The position numbers and the translations under genes are program-made. A DNA stretch of 64,000 nt from Octopus vulgaris (taxonomy: Eukaryota), in the NCBI GenBank assembly GCA_951406725.2, contig OX597830.1, positions 6,696,001 through 6,760,000 of the forward strand. The letters are read 5' to 3'. This document shows, in pieces, positions 58,314-64,000 of this stretch (position 1 is the first letter of the stretch; every line of letters begins with the position of its first letter). The notes beneath the pieces are model-generated. The model ran no database searches. It was not told where the DNA came from and saw nothing but the letters and a program-made list of their open reading frames with translations.

Positions 58314-58735
58314 AATTCGCCTAGTGGCAATTGTAGGGTCAAATCCCACTGTCCGTTATTAGGCCGATGTCTAATACAAAACGTAATCCATAAGTGTACA
58401 ATCACAACTGTAGCTGGTAACTTTGTATATATAGGATGTTCAATAAATATGAAAAAAATGCATTAATAATCAATTTTCATATTTTAGGCTCAAACGCAAG
58501 GCCAATTGTACGTCCTTATCTGGCAAGATTTGGGAACTGAAGGAAAGCGGAATCGAATTTAGCCTTAAATGGGATATTATAGGGAAAGCTAAGTCTTATA
58601 GAGATAGTCGGTACGGGTGCGAGTTGTGTTTTATAGAAACGTATGAAATTTTTAACTATAGGGACAAGAGCAACCTGGTTAATAATAGATTAGACTTAAG
58701 GTATCATGCATACATAGTGTCACACGTGCATTTAA
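58314..58735 (+). mobile_element. Penelope-like element GIY-YIG endonuclease remnant (second family)
   Basis: Manual translation GNCRVKSHCPLLGRCLIQNVIHKCTI...FVYIGCS, a frameshift in an A-run, then TSLSGKIWELKE...LKWDII.KA.SY....CELCFIE...NLVNNR. Typical Penelope C-terminus. Confidence 0.82.
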
Positions 58736-59978
58736 ACATTTTCGAAATCAACGTTTTTTGGTGCTGCACTTGAACCTAGACAGGGGAAATTAATTCTAGT
58801 GTCGTATATGATGTGAACATACCCGCTAGTATTATATATAAGTTAGATATATTTTCTTACACTTCTTTAGAATTTCTTATTATTGTGTTTTCTTATTTTG
58901 ATACCTTTACCTATTAACCTCTTATCTCTTGTAAGTTATTAATGCTCTTAAAGGGAAATATAAACTTTCTTGTTACTTAAGTCTAGAAGAGTTGATTATA
59001 ACATACCCAAAATAAAGTACAAATGTTTGTGCATATTTGCATGTGTTCACATAGTTAAATATGTATATGTATCTGTGCACAACTTATTTTCCCGATTTTT
59101 TTCTGATTCTTACCTTATAACTAATATAAAGATAGCATGATTTATCGCCCCAGTATTCCATAAATAAATACCCAGAGCAATCTTTATAGAAATCACCTTA
59201 TAAGTAAATAATTAAGTACTGGTATGAATTTTAAACTAATTCTAAGTAATCTTCCCTTTCTAATGTTGAAAATTGGTATATATACACAGTTTATCTATTC
59301 TGTTTATAATATCATTTTTAGTAATCTTAAATTTTTATCTTCATACAACATAACAATATTGTTTATATACAATCATCCATTGTACCCCACGATAATTTCC
59401 TCTGTATTAACATCATAGGTTTTATTAGCGTCTTCCTCCTTTAAATGGTAATTAACTTCTTGATTTATGGTCTTCCACAACTCATCCTCCTTTATGGACA
59501 GTTACTTATACATTTTCTAAATCATGACAATATTTAATATCATACCGAACTATAAACTGTCAACACACTCCGTCTATCCTTTCTAAACAGCCACTGTCCT
59601 CAAGCCTTAGATTAGGTAGTTGATAAAAAAAGACTGATACATTAAAAGCAAACCACAATCATTTACAAGATATGACCCTAACAAACTTCACACAGTTCTT
59701 AGAAGTGTAGTATATTCTGAGTCACATTAGTAGCAACATGGACTTTCTCCCTCTTCTTGCTCTATTAGAGACTTTGAGCAAAATTATATTGTGTCCAACT
59801 GATTAAAAATTCTCTTTATTTAAGCATTTATTTGCATTTAAATTGATGTAATGATTGCATTGTTCAATTAAATGGAACCGCTTGAAACGATCGTACGGCA
59901 TCACCTCTTGATATCCTGTTGCTTATTTTGATTATATATACATACATACATATATATATATACATACATACTCACACA

Positions 59979-60049
<71 letters not shown>

Positions 60050-60428
60050 TTCTTATAATAATAACAACACAATATATCTTGATGAAGATAGTTCCCTTTT
60101 ACTGACCAAATCAATGTAGTCTTGTGCAATTGCGGCCTTCCATACATTGTGTATATAAACAGAGAATTTTGCGAATATATTTAGAGTTGCGCTATTGATG
60201 TAACCATAATTTTCCGTTGACCCGATGAGAAAGCTTTGTTTCTTTACATTACTTTGTGCATGTACGATTGCATTGTGCAATGCTCAGCATACATATGGCT
60301 ATAGACACGTCTCCATAGTCCCTTGCATACAGGAAATAATAATATATGAAGGAGGTTGTGAAACAGCTGTAATCGTATGGAAATCGCGTGGTAAAATAAA
60401 TATAGAGCCTCTTCTTACACCTCCTGAC

Positions 60429-60473
<45 letters not shown>

Positions 60474-60682
60474 GCTCAGAAATCATTAGTCTACAGATAT
60501 CGCTAAGGCTAGCAGGAGATCAATAAACACCCTTCCTCACAGTATGCGGACACAGAACATGTGTCGATAGCTAGCTGGTAAAGATATTTTCTTGGGGCTA
60601 AAAACTAGTAACATCGTCCTGCATAGGACTACCACATTCACTGTGGTTGCAATTAGACTTTACTTTCTTTCTCTCTCTCTAC

Positions 60683-60759
<77 letters not shown>

Positions 60760-61109
60760 CTCTTACTGGTTTCAGCTAGTGGCTGAAGGTATGATGAAAC
60801 AACAACTTTCAGTCTGGATGGTGGGAGGGGGCTGTACTGTTGCTAGTTTAGTAGCGAGTTAGACGGAGTTGCTCTTCTTTGTGCCTCTTGCCGTGGTGTG
60901 GGTTCATCTGGTATCTCAAGGGACGCTTCGAAAACCTCAACATCTACACCACAAATCTCTGTGGTTGATTAGCACACTGCTGAATGGTTGTAGACCATCG
61001 AAACCTAAGCAGTTACAGTACTGGGTCGTTATTCCAAATGGAGTAAATGGGATCTTTGGTACCATGTAGTGCCATCTAATTCGGTGGCTGGAATAGATTT
61101 CAGTTCCAA

Positions 61110-61780
61110 AGTTGAGAACTAGTCCTTTCAGTATCTTCCATAAGCATAATGGGAAGGCACATGGAAGAGACCTAATTGTTGGACATTGGTATATGATGCT
61201 GATATTTTACAGAAAACTATTAATATGTATATTCAAAAAGGCTGTGGAAGGGACAATTGGCGTACTAAATTGGCTTTTTGTAGCACGGAAGGACCTTGTG
61301 GTCAAGAACGAAGCCACTTATTTGGGAAAATAAGCTATAGGGCCATTGCTTGCCTAAACATTATGTACAAATTGTATGCAAGCTGTCCCAACCAATTCCT
61401 CCAAGGGCATTGGGAGTCCAACAACATAATGACTGATGGACAGGCAGGTGGAAAGAAAGGAGTTTGGAGATGTCCAGAATAGCTTTTGATAAACAAAGGT
61501 GTGGTGTCTGAAGTAAGAAAACACTGTGGAAGCTTCACGACTCTATGGTTGGATTATAGGACAGCATTCGATTCCTCACTCATTGCTGCTGCTGCTGACG
61601 TGTCTACAATATATACAAAAATATCTGTTACTTAGTTTCTGCTATTGAGAGACTGACAAAGACCTGAGCAACAATTCTATTCCTATTTCAGTTTCTTGCT
61701 GATATAGGAATGGAATTTGGCTGAAAGAAATGTTCGTATTTGATTTTTGAACATGGAAGATCGTTTTTCCAAGCCCCAGG
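61110..61780 (+). mobile_element. Old R4/Dong-like RT remnant (different subfamily)
   Basis: NGKAHGRDLIVGHWY, SYRAIACLNIMYKLY, NNIM..GQAGGKKG..CPE*LLIN and LWLDYRTAFDS match NWKAPG.D, YRPI.CL..YK and W.DY.KAFDS. Confidence 0.8.
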
Positions 61781-61932
61781 CCTGTGCATTTACGATCTCT
61801 CTCTTGTTTTACACAGGGAATGCTACAAATACCTTTTTTTTCTGTTTTAACTTGGTTCTATCATAGGAACCGAATTATTTCCAAGTTATCCTTGTGAGTG
61901 GATAGGTAGACGGAAACTGAAAGAAGCCCGTC

Positions 61933-62008
<76 letters not shown>

Positions 62009-62039
62009 ATTTGTGTGTGTGTCTTTGTGTCTGTGTATT

Positions 62040-62960
62040 CCCTGTCATCCAGAATAAATGTAAATATACATTTCTTAGACTCTATTCCTCTGAAGGTAGA
62101 CCATTGCGTCCGAAACATAAAAGCTTCTTTTTCTGCATTGTTAGAAACTTTTCTCATTTCTCATCTCATTCACTGATAATTCATTTTATTCTGAAATTAT
62201 TTCCTGCCTTAACCGGAGAATATGAATTCAAAGACCAGATTTCATGAAAAGAAACTTTGTGCTAATGTCCCTAGCCCATCATCTCATACATAGTTAGACG
62301 AGACTTCGGGGTTTTCTCCCCGACCTGTTTTGATCAATGTCTAGTATAGAGTTACATGTGTTTCCACCTTCAATGCAGATTGAACATTGATTCATTCAAA
62401 ACTTCATAAACTAATAAGTAAGTATTGTGAAACCAAAAATTCATATTTGTATTGTTATGAAAACTGTCCGAAAGAGCAGAAGAATTTTACCCTTAAAGCG
62501 GAGGAAACGTTCGATAAACTAGTCAAAGAAGTGGACCTCGTTTTATCGACAACAGAATAATCTCTGATTAAGACATGAAAAATTTTCGGAATAAAATAAA
62601 TTATTAGTGAATGAAATGAGAAATGAAGAATGTTTCTAACAATGCAGACAATGTTGTTTTTATGTTTTTGTTTCGGACGCAGTGGCCAACCTTCAGAAGA
62701 GTACAAACTAAGACATTTGTATTTACATTGATCCTGCCATTCTGGATGGCAGGGTGGGCAGTTACCCCGTTTTAGTCAGAAGCATTTGAGAAGTTTCTCC
62801 TACTCGAACGAACACCGGCCTATCCAAAACGGCAGGTTCTATTTAAACACACATTTCTTTGACTGTATTCTTCTTTGGAATTCGCGCCTGAAACAAAGAT
62901 TTCTAAAATTTCCTGCGTTGTTAGAAGCTTTTCTTATTTCTCATTTTCTTTATCATTCTA
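62040..62960. repeat. Three diverged copies of a 150-220-bp unit in +,-,+ orientation
   Basis: ctgcattgttagaaac...catttctcat is shared by about 62040-62250 (+), 62530-62752 (-) and 62815-62960 (+). The first two share ctgaaggt...gcgtccgaaaca. Confidence 0.7.
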
Positions 62961-63235
62961 TTTCTGTATGCAATGCTTCAAGCGAAATACAACGGTCATC
63001 TAAAATAAATTATGATAATCTACAGCGTGGGATATAATATAAACAAGAATAAATTAAAATAATGGAAAGCCTCACCTAAAGGACGATAACTCTCAAGAAA
63101 TGTAAGAGACATGAATAGATTCGAACAGAATGCGAACAGGGAAACACAGGCTGAGAATGGATTGACAGAGTTATGTTAACGTGCAAGCATACAACACACG
63201 GAAATATATAAACCCATACAGACACAGACACACAC

Positions 63236-63290
<55 letters not shown>

Positions 63291-63296
63291 CGGACG

Positions 63297-63401
<105 letters not shown>

Positions 63402-63404
63402 TTA

Positions 63405-64000
63405 AGTTTCTTTATTGGCCACACAGGGCTGCACACAGATGGGACAAATTACAAGGTAGAGCTTTTCTTTTGTGGGATGAAAAAAACAAAAAAAAAAAAC
63501 AAACAAAAAAGTGGCGTAGGTTTTCGATCAAAAGGATCGTAAAAGGGTGAAAAAGAAAAAAAAAAGAAAAGAGAAAAGGAAAAAAAAGGAAAATAAAAAT
63601 AAAAAAGGAAGAAAAAAGAGGAAAAATGGGGGAGAGGAAAAAAAAAGATCAATAGGGATCGTGTATCATAGTGTCATGATGTACGGTGTAAAGGGGAAAG
63701 CAGATAAGGTTTATCCGTGCGAAGAAAAGCCTACGAAAAGGACCACGGTAACCTCGGTCAATATTGTTATATGTTACCACATTTGTTTGAAAGTGGGTAA
63801 CCCTCTGTTTTCAATTTCTGTGTTCATAGGATTATGATCAAGGTGGCTTCTTCATTCATACGTGCCATCCTTGCTACATTCACCCATCTTTTTTTAAAAC
63901 ATTCGCTAGACAAAACTTGCCTCTCTACTCTCACTTTCCTTTTCAAGTGGTACTTGAAGAAGTTGATGAGAAATTGACCAGAGAGGAAAGTGTTTGTCTC
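63405..64000 (-). mobile_element. 3' end of an L1/Tx1-like LINE, running off the window
   Basis: Minus frame LINFFKYHLKRKVRVERQVLSSECFKKRWVNVA resembles the Tx1/L1 ORF2 C-terminus, followed by a T-rich 3' UTR and AATAAA near 63411-63416. Confidence 0.6.

Overview
AT-rich, microsatellite-saturated eukaryotic DNA. The repeat families resemble those of a coleoid cephalopod, probably Octopus; this is inferred from pattern recognition, not a database search. Almost all ORFs in the supplied track are translations of simple repeats. The recognisable coding content is transposable-element derived: two 5'-truncated R4/Dong-type RLE non-LTR retrotransposons in (AAT)n tracts (one nearly intact over about 1.9 kb) plus an older relative, two Penelope-like GIY-YIG elements, 3' ends of CR1-, RTE- and L1/Tx1-like LINEs, a mariner remnant, three pieces of one maT/DD37D-like transposon family, and many tRNA-derived SINEs of three families. 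One plausible host exon lies on the minus strand at 17636-18166. The most striking unannotated signal is a set of about eight minimal type-I hammerhead-ribozyme-shaped motifs. Several sit inside long inverted repeats and resemble Penelope pseudo-LTR or retrozyme structures. The window also has many fold-back elements, including an 83-bp near-perfect palindrome and a MITE with a telomeric (TAACCC)n core. No prokaryotic-type system (CRISPR, operon) is supported.
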